From assembly GCA_963924565.1 (NCBI GenBank), contig OZ004610.1, positions 6,448,001 through 6,512,000 on the forward strand: 64,000 bases of DNA. The letters run 5' to 3'. The stretch is from Ascidiella aspersa. Lineage: Eukaryota. The position numbers and the translations under genes were made by a program. Below, one piece after another: positions 24,685 to 36,732 of this stretch. How positions within the stretch are numbered: the first letter of the stretch is position 1; each line of letters starts with the position of its first letter. The notes under the pieces were generated by a model. The model saw only the letters and a program-made list of their open reading frames with translations, did no database searches and was not told the DNA's origin.

Positions 24685-25337
24685 AAAAAGCGTTTATTAG
24701 ATTTAACAACCGATCCGTTAGAAATCAGTGCATTTCTAAGCAAAAAGGTCTACGACAATCAGGGCATCCAATGGCAGAAAAGTCTAGACTTTTAGACCTT
24801 GAGGTCCTGGCAATGCACTGATTTGGACCTTTAGGTAAACTCCTGGTGAAGATAAGTTAAAAATATTCATTAAAACTTCAGAAAAGATAACAAAAAATAT
24901 GAGATAGGATTAATAACACTTGACCCACCTAAACCCTGACGCTAACCCGAATCCTAACCCAAATAATGTGCGTTATTTCAATAATTCTTTAAATGCTGGG
25001 GAAAAAAGCCCAAACTCGGATGGTTTCTCGTCCATTGTATTTACGATTATTACGTCACAATTGAGGTATTGGGGCCTGAAGCGTTATAATTATTAAATTA
25101 TCGCACATTATTTGGGTTAGGGCGCTAGTTAGCGTTTGGGTTTGGTTGGGTCAAGTATTGTTAAACTTAATCTTCTTATGCACATTTGTTAATGCAAATT
25201 AGAGCATTGTCCAAGGTCTCAAAGTCTAAAAGTCGGACTTTTTGATCCTTTGAATGCACTGATTGTCGTAGACCTTTTTGCTTAGAACTGCACTGATTTC
25301 TGACGGATGGGGTGGATTTAAAGTAAAACATTTTTTT
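24685..25337. repeat. Nested inverted repeat (foldback) between the GPCR paralogues
   Basis: About 24685-24825 is the reverse complement of about 25197-25337. The inner pair 24910-24972 / 25102-25163 carries a CCTAAC/GTTAGG-like motif. Confidence 0.85.
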
Positions 25338-26278
25338 AGGAGCCGTAAAAGAAGTGAGCATACCATTTTAATTCGGCAGTGTTCGATATAATTTCAATTA
25401 TCAAAATGATTTGGATAAATCGCTCATGGCCATTAACACCATAGTTGTATGGCTGCATAGAAACGAAGTAAAACAAAATCGCAAACGCCCAAAAAGGATG
25501 CAGGCGTTTATCTTGTACGAACGTAAGTTGAAGAGCACTAACATAAAGACAATTTAAAACAAAATCATTCCGAAAACGCTTTGAATTTAGTGTTTATCTG
25601 GTTTGTTAGGAAAAAGTTCACCGCTGGTGGAACATCACAAAATATCCACCAAAGTAAACCGTAACTTTAACTGTCGATATATAAAAATATTTCCTATACT
25701 CTCGCTCGATTAATCAAAACAACGCAAAAAGGAAGCTGTCACCGCCTTGCGCCCTAACGCTATACTGTTGCCCTTCGTCCTTCCACGCTTATAGCAGAAT
25801 ATAGGGCAGCCTCGTCTATAGCAGGTTTATATCATTCCGTCAAATATCTTCATTGATTCAATCAATATTTCATTGATTAGCGAATCAAAGATAATGTAAT
25901 GAAAATCTAGTGCCTGCTCTCCCAGTATCATAAAAAGAAGCGAAGCGAAATAACTTGATTAATTAGTAAGGCACGAGATATACCAACACAGCTTTTTATA
26001 AATTAGACGCTTGAACTGAGCCTTAAGCGTTTCCTGGTAAACGCAAGTCACTTGTATGGCAGCATTCAGAAAAGGATGTTGTCATTCAATGTTAAGCGCC
26101 CAAATTTACTTCAGTAGTCGTGTTTTAAATGCTGATTAACCTTGCCAAGTTGAAAGACTTTTTACGTTTTGTGCACGCCATAGGTATATATATTTAGATC
26201 GGTTGCTGCCTGTTTTGTTCACAGAAGCTGTTGTTAGGCTATTTAAATCAAGAAGCTTTATTTACTCACTGCTTCGTT

Positions 26279-29200
26279 ATGCTTAGTAAAATGTTACAAA
26301 GGTATTTTACCTTATTGCTTTTTTTGAGCCTTGGATATGTTCCATTTTCCGCAGGTAAGCATGGCTGGCACAGTTCGTACAATTAAAATTTTCGTTAAAT
26401 CCTTGGTTTTTCAAAACAAAGCTCATAAGTCTAACATGAACAAACAGCATTTTCTTGGTCAAATTTAATTTACTCATAAAGAATATATTTTCATGTTTTT
26501 TATGTTCTAAATGTGTGCTTAAATGCAACCTAATTCTTACGATTGCTGTTACAAATATACCTACGAACTCTTAAACTGCTTTCCGCCCCTTAAGGATATT
26601 TTAATCTAGTTTAGTCAAAGTACAAGAGCGTTTAACAATGTAATTGGTAACCTCGTGGAAATATTATGTCTCAGCCCAATGGAGCTCGACATTGCGCTGC
26701 GAAAACGGCGCCGAGGTTGCCGTTCAAAAATTTTGCAACGGAGTTCAGGACTGCGACGGAAGTGACGAAATACCCGGAAACGCTTCGTGCCCGCTCTGCA
26801 ACTTTCCCATAGTCAGGTGAACACTTGTAGGAATTCGCAAATATTCCTTGACTTGACAAAAATGAACTGACCGACAATATATGGTGGTTTGTCACTTTTT
26901 TGCAGTGTTGTAAACAAGTCATTTGAAATAACTTCAATCCAAGATAAGTATTTTGAATAAACTTTAAGTTAAACCCTTATCATAAAAATAAAACTTTAAA
27001 CTATTAAAATGTGCAAACTCCTTCGATTATGAGCAATAACTCATGTAAAAACTAACATAAACGCAACATATAGCAAGCAAATTGTTTATGTGCAAAGAAT
27101 ACCTAATTTTATAATTAATTGCTTAATGAAAACAATTTATTTTAACCCAAGTTATTCGTCCAAATGACTTAAGTTAAGTCATGTCATTTGCCCAAAAGAT
27201 TTAAGTCAAGTCAAGTCATTTAAAAACAGTGACTTAATTGCACCTACTTAAAGTAGTTGACTTCAGTCATTATAACACTGCTACTTTGATTAACGCAGCT
27301 GCTTTGCATCGATCTGAGAATATATGAGGACGTTTTTATCTCCAAATTCTGTTTTTTGAACACAGCATGGTCGACATTTTTAAATTACTATTTTTCTTGT
27401 TTTTGAAAGCTGTTATTTTACCTGTGAAACCTGAGTACGTTATATTCCAGTTGCACTGTCCCCCCAAGGAACCTTACCTGCCAAATCGGCCGCGAATACC
27501 TCTGTAATGCGTCTGTTACCTGCCTCGGCATAACACCATGCGATGTTGGGTGTCCAGCATACTACAGGTGAGAGAAGCTTTCGAGTTAAATATAAACACG
27601 TCACTTAAACATTAACTGCATTTCAGGTAAATGGTAATATAATTTTAGCAATTTAGGTCTACACATTAAATAGAATATCAAATCCCCAACATTGTCGTAA
27701 CAAACCAAGCCACGTTAATTGCTTCAGAAAAAAAATGTATCAGTAGGCCTATGGCCTTATTGATTAAGGCAATTTTATAGGTAATCAGTAAAATCACATA
27801 TATGTCGGTTAAAGTTATCATCCCGAATTGAATTTTCTATACCTACTTTAAAATTAATATGGGCATTTTTGAAGGTTTGGTGCAGCATTTCACGATGGTA
27901 CCCCTCACTGAGTAATAATGTAACACAGGTGCAGCACAACGAACCAGTGCATTTTACGTTCAACTCTGTGCGACGGTAATCCTTGCAACGGTTGCCCGGA
28001 AGACGACGACGATTGGCCGACAGGGATCGGTTTCCAGTGCGTGAGGAACGGCCGCTTCTGTCGACTACCGCAACAGCTGCTGTGGGACAGCGTGCAGGAT
28101 TGCGCAGACGCTGCAGACATTTGCTACAAGTCGGCATTTATAAATGACGGGAGGTAAAACAAAAACTGAACAGCATATCCGGTGGCAGAAGATAGTTACG
28201 CAAAAACATTTTTGTGTTGCTGTGTTGAAAGTTTTGACTGTTAATTACAATTTAAACTTTTATGCTTAACCTGGTTGTGGGGTCACTGTCTTACCTTAAA
28301 AACAAATTATAAAAAAATAATGCAATAGGAATAGATGTTTGAGCATAGTAGTCATCCTGATTAATGCAGTTTAAACTTTCTTGCTGACATTTTCTTTTTT
28401 ATATGTCTTAATTTTCCACAGGTCATAGATGCCTGGGCCACATATTTTTTTTAGATTTTTTCAATTTGAAATGTTTCAACTATGTCTTAATCGGAAGACA
28501 TTTCGCGAAAAGCTAACACCGTAAAATTTAACTCAGCATACTATTGCATAGTTATTGAGCTTTGTTATCTGCTATTCGCAAATGTTTTGTCCATTAGAGA
28601 TTTACGGAAGCTTCCCGGAACTGTGTTCGACGATCAGAAGTGCTTCTGGTGTTTGGACGGTTCCATGATCGTGCCGCGTCACAAGGTCTGTGACGGAACA
28701 ATCGACTGCTCCGATATGTCGGATGAGTGCTTGTGCGAGAGGCAACTGGCAGATATCTGTAACAAAGTGGAGACTTCACACGGAACGTGAGTTGTTTGTC
28801 TTATATTTAGTGGTTCTTATATAGAGTCGTTTTACCGAAACAACCGAACGTGTATGGTAAGGTCCTTCTCTCTGCAAACTTAAATGATGTTATTTGCAGT
28901 AGCTAACTGTCTGTATACACAATATACCATTGACACACTGCCTCTGGAGTGTTTTTAACATGTTTTTACCGGTTAGAATATATAAGTCTTCACAAGCGTT
29001 GCGTTTCTAATTCTAAAATATTAACATTACTCAGATCATAGTGATCGAAATCTTAACATGATATAGTTGACTGACCATAAAAGGCTTTTTTTATTAAAAA
29101 AAACATATGTTTATAATAAAAAACATATGTTTATAACGAACAGCTTGCTACCGATATCGTGCAGCAGGCTTCCGCAGTGTATTGCAAGATTTTACCGTAC

Positions 29201-32200
29201 TTTTCAATATCATTGGGTATGGTATGTGAAGACCAGTTTCTGTTTTAATGGTTGTAAAGATGTTCGTTGGGCCTTGTTGACTGCTCTACAGCGAACGTGA
29301 CCACGTGCGTTAATAGGACAAAGATATGCAATGGAGTTGTGGACTGCCCTCTTAATCTGGACGAGAAGTAAGTCACGCCATATAACTATTTTATAGATGA
29401 ATAATTGAGCTTTAGATTATTTCGCACACTTTCTAGGCCGGATGAAATCACTTTTCGTTCAGTTTTTGCTGTAATTGCCCTTATGAAAGTTTAGGTGCCA
29501 CTTTTGTTTTGTAAGTGGCAATACCAATATTATTTAGTTTCGTGACTTGATACGCCTATTAACTGTAAATAAGTCGCGAATTGTTCGTCACAAGATTTAG
29601 CAATTGCTTTGCTTGCTCAAAGGTTCAGTTACTGCAGAGGAACGCTTCCGTGTAAAAAAGGTTTACCCGACGACGCAATGACAGAATGCAGGTAAAATTC
29701 ATAATTTTTTTTATATTGATTCCATACCGAACTAAATATAATAACCATAAAGCTTAAACGGGCGACGAAAGCAATCAGTCAAAAGCAACCGAGCGATTTC
29801 TAGCATCTGGATCAAAATTTAACAATTTCTCTGAGAATTTCAGTAAAGCAAGCCGATAACTGACGGAGAAATAAATGTCAGTCGCATTTACCAAAACTAT
29901 ACATTCACCGAATTTGCCGTTCTGATATTTATACCATCATCCCATCAACAGGTGCGTAAACGTTTCAAGGCAATGCAGAACAAAGCAACCAAACTGGCCT
30001 AAAACAACGGCCGCTGTGCTGTGCAACGGTATAGACGAGTGTCCTTTAATTCCGGGCGGTGCATGGGCCGTACCACCAGGTTATCCAGATGACGAATGCG
30101 TTGCTTCTTGTCCAAACACGACCTTTCACTGTACAGAGTCTGCAAGTGGTGTAATTGACCTATACCCGCCTTTCATGGCCAGTTGTCCTAGGGTGAGTAT
30201 CTATCAAAGCAACATCTTGTTTAATTTACTTTTTCGTCCGATAAAGCTTGGGCGAGTTTTTTTGTGTTAACGGGGTTACCAGTGTTGTTAATGACTTAAT
30301 TCAATGACTGTGATTTGACTTAATTGACTTACGTCATTGTTTTTAATTAACTTGACTTGAGTAATGACCTGTTTTTACCAAGCATTTTATGTAAAAGTAA
30401 AATACCGAAGACAACTTTCTTGCTATAGAATGCGTTTTTGTTATTATTTAGTTACGTTAGTGCTTATATTTGAAAGAGTTTACCAATTCTAATAGTTTAA
30501 GGTTTAATTTTTATGACAAGGACTTGACTTGGAATTGACTTGCTTTATTATGACTTGACTGGGACTTGACTTGTTATTTATTTTTGACTTGTTGTTTTAC
30601 AAATGACTTGACTGAGACTTAATGCATTTCAAAATGACTTGTTTACAACACTGGGAGAGGGTAACAGTTGGCTTAGCATACGCCCCGTGTTCGCCAGGAC
30701 AGCCCCGATTTTAAGGCTTCGCCCCAGCGTCTCGGTTAGTCAACCAAAATTTCCCGTCTTTGTCAGCCAACTTTTTCATATATTACTGTACAGATAACTT
30801 GTATATTGGCTCGTTGCGATTGGTCTAATTTGCCCAATTGATGAAAAGTGTTAACTGCGGTTTGATGACATTGCGCTGAATGTGAATGAAATTGTTATGC
30901 TACTGTATAGCGTGTAATTTGACCAGTGGTTGTATGGTGGCTAGATCAGCATTAGTATGCTAGAAGAAAGTGTTATGTCCCTATAACTACAGGAATTCAA
31001 AATTGTTCGATACCACTTTTAAATAGATTCTGCCGAAAAAGTAAAATTTATAAAGGCGAATTTTCTCGCGAGAAATATTTAAGTATTTAATTTAACGGAA
31101 ACAATCAAAATATGACGAATTCTTGTTACGTCATGCCAAAATGACCACAAAAATTCTGAATTTGATGACTGTTTTGAAGTCAATCGATTGTAGACCAAGA
31201 AATATGGTAGGCCTGAAGTCCTTGTTATAATTAGGGTCTTAAATAAAACACATAAGCAACACATAAAGTAGAAGAGCCTGTATTATACCAAAAAAGTTAT
31301 ACAAATATATAGAGACAGAACATTTACCGATAGTCAAATATGGGTTATAGTCAAATTGTCTAAAATACAAGTCTCAAATCAGCATTATAATAAAAAAAGC
31401 ATATCTTTTACAGTAAACAATATAGTGACTTATATTGGGTTCAAAGAGTTGCAGAAAAGAGATTTGTTGTTTGCAGATTATTCATCACAATGTAATAAAG
31501 TTCGCATTATAAAACGGGTGAAAAGGATTATAACGATACCGTTATAAATAACACTTTAAGACCAGCCACCATCCCATACCATTTTCTGTTTCTCGTGCCG
31601 TCCTCCGGTATTTCTCCATGTAAACAAGTTGATATTTGACTTGTATTTCAGTTTGGTTGACCCACGTTCAAACTAATTAAAAAGACGATTTGCGACGCCT
31701 TAATATAACTCAATTCTCCTGGTTGGTGTACCGGCCGTCAACTGACTTCCCGTGTGTGATTCAGAGCTCGGCACAACCGCGACCGGTCCTGCTGAACAAT
31801 AACAACGTATGCGATGGCATCATGGACTGCATTCCAAGCGGGTATGACGAGATGATCTGCCCAACCCGATTCCCGTGCAAAAGCGGTAAGTACGTCAGCA
31901 TCCTTCGGACGCAGATCTGCGACGGTACGAAGGACTGCGACAACGGGGAAGACGAGTTGAGGCAGAATTGCACGAAGAGGTTCTACTGCCCCTCGCTCAA
32001 TGCCACCCGGGTAAGAAGCGCTGTAAAAAATGCCCGATACCTGTTTTAACGCACCCGTATACGTGAACATAAGTGACCTAAAACAATTCCTGATCCTGAG
32101 AAAACATTGCCATGTAACACTTATAATTCTACAATATAAGGAGGAAATGTTTAACAAATAGCGGTAAAGTTTGGTTTCATGTGCCCGAGTGTAAACCTTA

Positions 32201-35200
32201 AACCTTGTACATGGTCGGATCAACGAATTCGATTATGCGATTCGTATAATATATGACAATGGAAGTGTTGGTGTAATATATTTGATATAGTGTCATAAAC
32301 AACGCTTCTATACCAACTTCTAAGTTGTTGATTTAAAAATGAAATTGTTCAACTTGCGTGTTTTGCAATAAATAACAAGTCAAGTCATGCTATGCCAGTT
32401 AACTCAAATTACTCACAACAAACTATTGAGATTTAAATACGGTACGTTATTCAATTTCAAACCAACTTTAGAGCTAGGATCTAAAACTAAATAGATGAAT
32501 CAGGTGGCACTATATAAAGACAAATTGTATCCATTCTCGACAAGCTTTCGCACAACTGTGCTTCATCAGGTCAGATCAAAAGAGAAAACCTATGAACCTT
32601 GTAGTTTATGATTGTGGTCTCTTCATAAAGCTCGTTATGTTCTCCTAAATCATTCTCTTCTGTCCAACTAAAACAAGGTATCAGTTCCAAAAACATCGCT
32701 GTGTGACCAAATAATCGACTGCGATAACTCTGCCGACGAATTGAACTGCACAGCGGATGGAAGGTTTTACTGCGAGAATGGAAAACCTTTGTTTGTTTTG
32801 AAACATCAGGTGAAAGTTATATTTTAACCGCGATATGATGACGAAAATGGGTGTAAATCCGATCTATATAACATTGGGCCTGATACATTTTTATTTAATT
32901 GCCTTTGTTTTGCTAAACGTTCCTTAGACGGGTTCCTAATGGCAGCTTGTTTTATTTCCCTGACTTAAAGATGTTAGCCTACTTGTTGACTATAGCACCT
33001 TGTCTACAGTTTGGTACAATGTAACACAAGTCACAACGTATCACAGAGAAAAAATAGATTAAAAAATCATGCACGCCTTTTGTATAGGCCCATCAATGAA
33101 GCAGCAAAATTAAAGATTTGTTTTTTGACAGATCAGAGACGGTCGTGGCGACTGCAGCGATTGGAGCGACGAATGTTCCTTCAAGGTTCAAACCTCGGCC
33201 AACGTTCTGTCCTCACGATACGAACTCATCAGCAACGTTTTCCTCAGGGCTATTGTGTGGATCATGGCCACGTTCGCACTGTTTGGAAACGCGGTAAACA
33301 CCGCGTGATTTTAGACAAATTATTTTTAAAATGGTTCCGTAATTCACTTTGTGACTGTCCACAGATCGTTCTTATCGGCGAAATCCGCAAGCTGCGCAAA
33401 GTGCTAAAAACTGATGGTTCCGCTTCGCTGCGCACCAATCACATGCTCGTAATGAATCTAGCAGCGGCGGACTTTCTGATGGCGATTTACCTGCTGATGC
33501 TTGGAATTTCGGCGGCTGCTTACAGCGGAATTTACTGCTCACAGTCACTGAAATGGCTCACCAGTCAGACTTGCCTGGCAATGGGTGTCCTTGTTGTACT
33601 CTCAAGCGAAGCTTCCATGCTCACAATGGTTCTGCTCACTATAAGCAGGCTTTATGCAATATCCAACGTGAGTAAAACACGGGTAAACTTGGCATTAGCC
33701 GTGCATTAGGTTGCGATAAAAAGTAGCCAGATCTCACCTTTTGTGAAATCATTGAAACCAAGTGAGGTTAAAATTGCATATGCTGAGTGTTTATGTATAA
33801 GAATCTTATACACGAAATCAATTTAGTAAAATATTACAAGTTTAGTGATATGAACAACCAAAACATTTCTGTAGAACGTGTCGTAAAACTAGTTATATAA
33901 AGCCCCGTGTAAAGGTGGTAATTGCAAGAACTTACCTATAGACTGTAAGATTGACTTTCTTCGCAGCCGGTCAGAGCATTATCATCTCCACGCAAGCGCT
34001 CGGTTGTTTTTGCTCTCTTTCTTATTTGGGGAATTTCGTTCACGTTGGCTCTTGTACCATTGATCAGCTATCATCAAAGTTCCTTCACCGAGTCAGTTTT
34101 GATCGAAAGCAATCCACTCTTCGGCAACGTTGTAGTCAGCTTTGACGCTGCCAAGAACATGACCCTCAAGCTGCTGACTTACTCCAGGTACTTTACAAGT
34201 CTTCCCGCGTCCACTGCAAGTCAGGTCCGAGCCATGACCTCGTGGGATCAGCTGCAGCAGTTTATCAGCGCCCATGACCCTGGAGAAAGCTACCTGAAAA
34301 TAAAGAGCTACTTTGGGTAAGTGATTCGCCCAACTGTAAAGCAAAAAGCAAAACCACAAAAAATAGCGCAAGGTGTTTTTCCCAATACTAAGATGACGCA
34401 GAACATTCTTTGGCAAAGCCATTTGAGCATTAAGCCTGTTGAATTTCGATCCATGTGTTTTTAGATATTATAGCGCCAGTAGTGTGTGCATTCCCAACTT
34501 GTTCGTGACACGAAACAACGGAGCTTGGCAATTTTCCATCGCCATTTCGATTATCAACTTCCTCGGCTTTATTTTTGTGGCCGCCGGCTACATTTTGATC
34601 ATTTTGAAAGCTAGAGAGTCGGTCGGCAAATCTCAGGGGCATCAGTCCGACAAGAAATCGTCAGGTGGGTGTATGATTGTCAATCCTGAATCCTTATTAT
34701 ATTAAAATGAAACACTCTTGTACCTGACTATACTGGCTTATACGAATTATTATTTTCTTGATGTTCTATAAATACCAATTGTAAATGGTTAGTATAAGTG
34801 ATGATGACTTAAGTCTTAATCAATGACTTGGCTTGTATGCATCTACTATCGTACTGTTATTAACGGCTTGACTCAGTTCTTTACAGCGAAATACTTGACT
34901 TGGTCTAAATCAAGGGTTCTTAAACTGGGGTTCATGGACCCCTTGGGGGTCCATGAAGATCTAATTGAAATATTACTGTTTATTTAAGAAGTAATAAATT
35001 TATTCAAGAAATCAATTTAATTAAAAATAAAACGGTTTTGCACTGAATGTATTTAGACTACATTTCACTTTCACAATTTTGGACCAAAATCAGCAAATTT
35101 ATGAAGTCTATTTGTACTGTGACGTCAATTTAAGACGTCATTTTTAAAATGTATTTGCCTACAGTGGTCCACGCGAGATGAAAGAAAATTTTACGGGTCC

Positions 35201-35789
35201 GTGGTAAAAAAAGTTTAAGAACCCCTGGTCTAAATTCATCGAAACAAAAAATTCATCGAAAGATTTTTATTTTAGCAAACAATGACTTGGCGTTATTAAC
35301 TAATGATTTCCACTTGGACTTGACATATTTTTCGAGTGACTTGGGCTAAAGTTATTAAAATGACTTGTCCAATAGGCTACTCATCCATCATTGATATTTT
35401 TCTTACTGTACATATTAACGCACACTGATATGACTTGTGTAAAGGATAGACAAAGTAAACGTTGTCTATTATTCCTATTATCAGCAATACAACGCAAGAT
35501 CATTCGCTTGATCGCGACCGACTTCTGCTGCTGGATTCCGCTCTCCATCATGGTGTTCGTCAACTTCAGCGGAGTGAAAATCGACAGCATCTCGTACGCG
35601 GTCGCCGCCATCGTCCTGCTTCCGATCAACAGCGCCCTCAACCCGATCCTCTACTCCAATTTCACCGACAAAGTCATCGACAAGATAAGGAAAAGACATA
35701 AGAAAGCCTTCGAAAGCAAGGCTACCTCAAGTCAAGCGACTGGCATAACTCATCACGACAACACTCAGCATAAGAAAACTGATCTGTAA
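26279..35789 (+). CDS. LDLa-repeat rhodopsin-type GPCR (RXFP/GRL101-like 7TM, no LRRs), paralogue 2, about 954 aa
   Basis: 15 exons with the same phases and nearly the same lengths as paralogue 1: 26279-26354 (MLSKMLQRYFTLLLFLSLGYVPFSA), 26675-26816, 27451-27567, 27929-28153, 28598-28786, 29260-29367, 29623-29691, 29952-30192, 31765-32010, 32678-32809, 33132-33293, 33365-33667, 33967-34316, 34465-34664, 35485-35789; sum 2865 nt. No frameshifts or premature stops seen. Confidence 0.9.
26903..27280. mobile_element. hAT-type MITE family B
   Basis: CAGTGTTGTAAACAAGTC...TTATAACACTG; flanks cttttttg/ctactttg (6/8). Confidence 0.75.
30280..30653. mobile_element. hAT-type MITE family B
   Basis: CAGTGTTGTTAATGAC...GACTTGTTTACAACACTG with TGACT repeats; no clean TSD because another repeat abuts it. 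Confidence 0.75.
34911..35227. mobile_element. hAT-type MITE family A, nested in a family B element
   Basis: CAAGGGTTCTTAAAC...GTTTAAGAACCCCTG; perfect TSD gtctaaat (34903-34910 / 35228-35235). Confidence 0.9.
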
Positions 35790-35792
35790 CAG

Positions 35793-35821
<29 letters not shown>
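35793..35821. repeat. (TA)n microsatellite
   Basis: Run of about 14 TA units starting 4 nt after the stop codon of GPCR paralogue 2. Confidence 0.95.
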
Positions 35822-35824
<3 letters not shown>

Positions 35825-36732
35825 TCGTTATGTTTAACCTGGTTCGGTGCTGGAAAGCAGCGTTGCCCAAATCATAGCCTACCTAACATGGGCGACACCA
35901 ATGTAAAATAAATGAGTAAAACTTGTTCGAACCTGAGCAATATTGCGAACCAACAAAACATACGACAATCGAACTGTTTTACTTTCCAAAGTGGAGTAAA
36001 TAACCCAATTAAAAATAGCTGTAGGCCTACAGTTATTTGCCTTTTATGACTTTAATAAAAGTCAATTGCCTTGGGCCTACGGCTGTGGTCAATTTACGTC
36101 TATTGACAAGAATTTAATGAATACAAACAGACTATTTTAGTAACATGTAGCCTACGTTGTTTTTCAGAATGCTGTTGTTGCTTACGTTTTTTGTTTTATA
36201 TTACACAGTGATCTATTGAATATAATACCAAATAATAACTGTGTTTGAGGTTGGCTTGAAGCTGAAAGGCATAGATAAATATAAAAATAGCAGAAGTTTC
36301 ATTACAAGCTTATATAAATCTGCCAGAGCGCTTTTGCAGGCAAAGCTAAAAACGTGTTAATCGGGTGTAGAAAACCCGACAATTACATTAGGCCCCTAGT
36401 ACTATTCAAGGGTTTTCTAAAATTAAAATAGCCTATTTGATTGACATCAACAAACTGACTATTATTTTTTTTAATATGGACATTTTGAAAAGGGTTTTAT
36501 AGACATTTTTACGATACATATTTTCACGTTTATGGGATAAACCATTCAGTGAAAAAAAATATTTAATAGCCCTTTTTTAATATTTCGCACGGAAAAGACG
36601 CCATTTTTTGTCTCAAAAACCTGTACGTGCAATACTCCATCTGCACGGTTGGGGTTTGTTGAAAGTTGCATTAGTCACCGTGTTATATTTATTTTCCGCT
36701 ATTTGCTAAAGTTATATATAAAGGTTTAAATT

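Noticed and set aside
33011-33709. 232-aa ORF as a standalone GPCR
   Set aside because: It reads through an intron with exon 11 out of frame; only 33365-33667 is the true frame.
11287-35789. GPCR duplication as an uncollapsed-haplotype assembly artefact
   Set aside because: The introns are unalignable and exons 1, 8 and 10 are deeply diverged, far beyond allelic levels.
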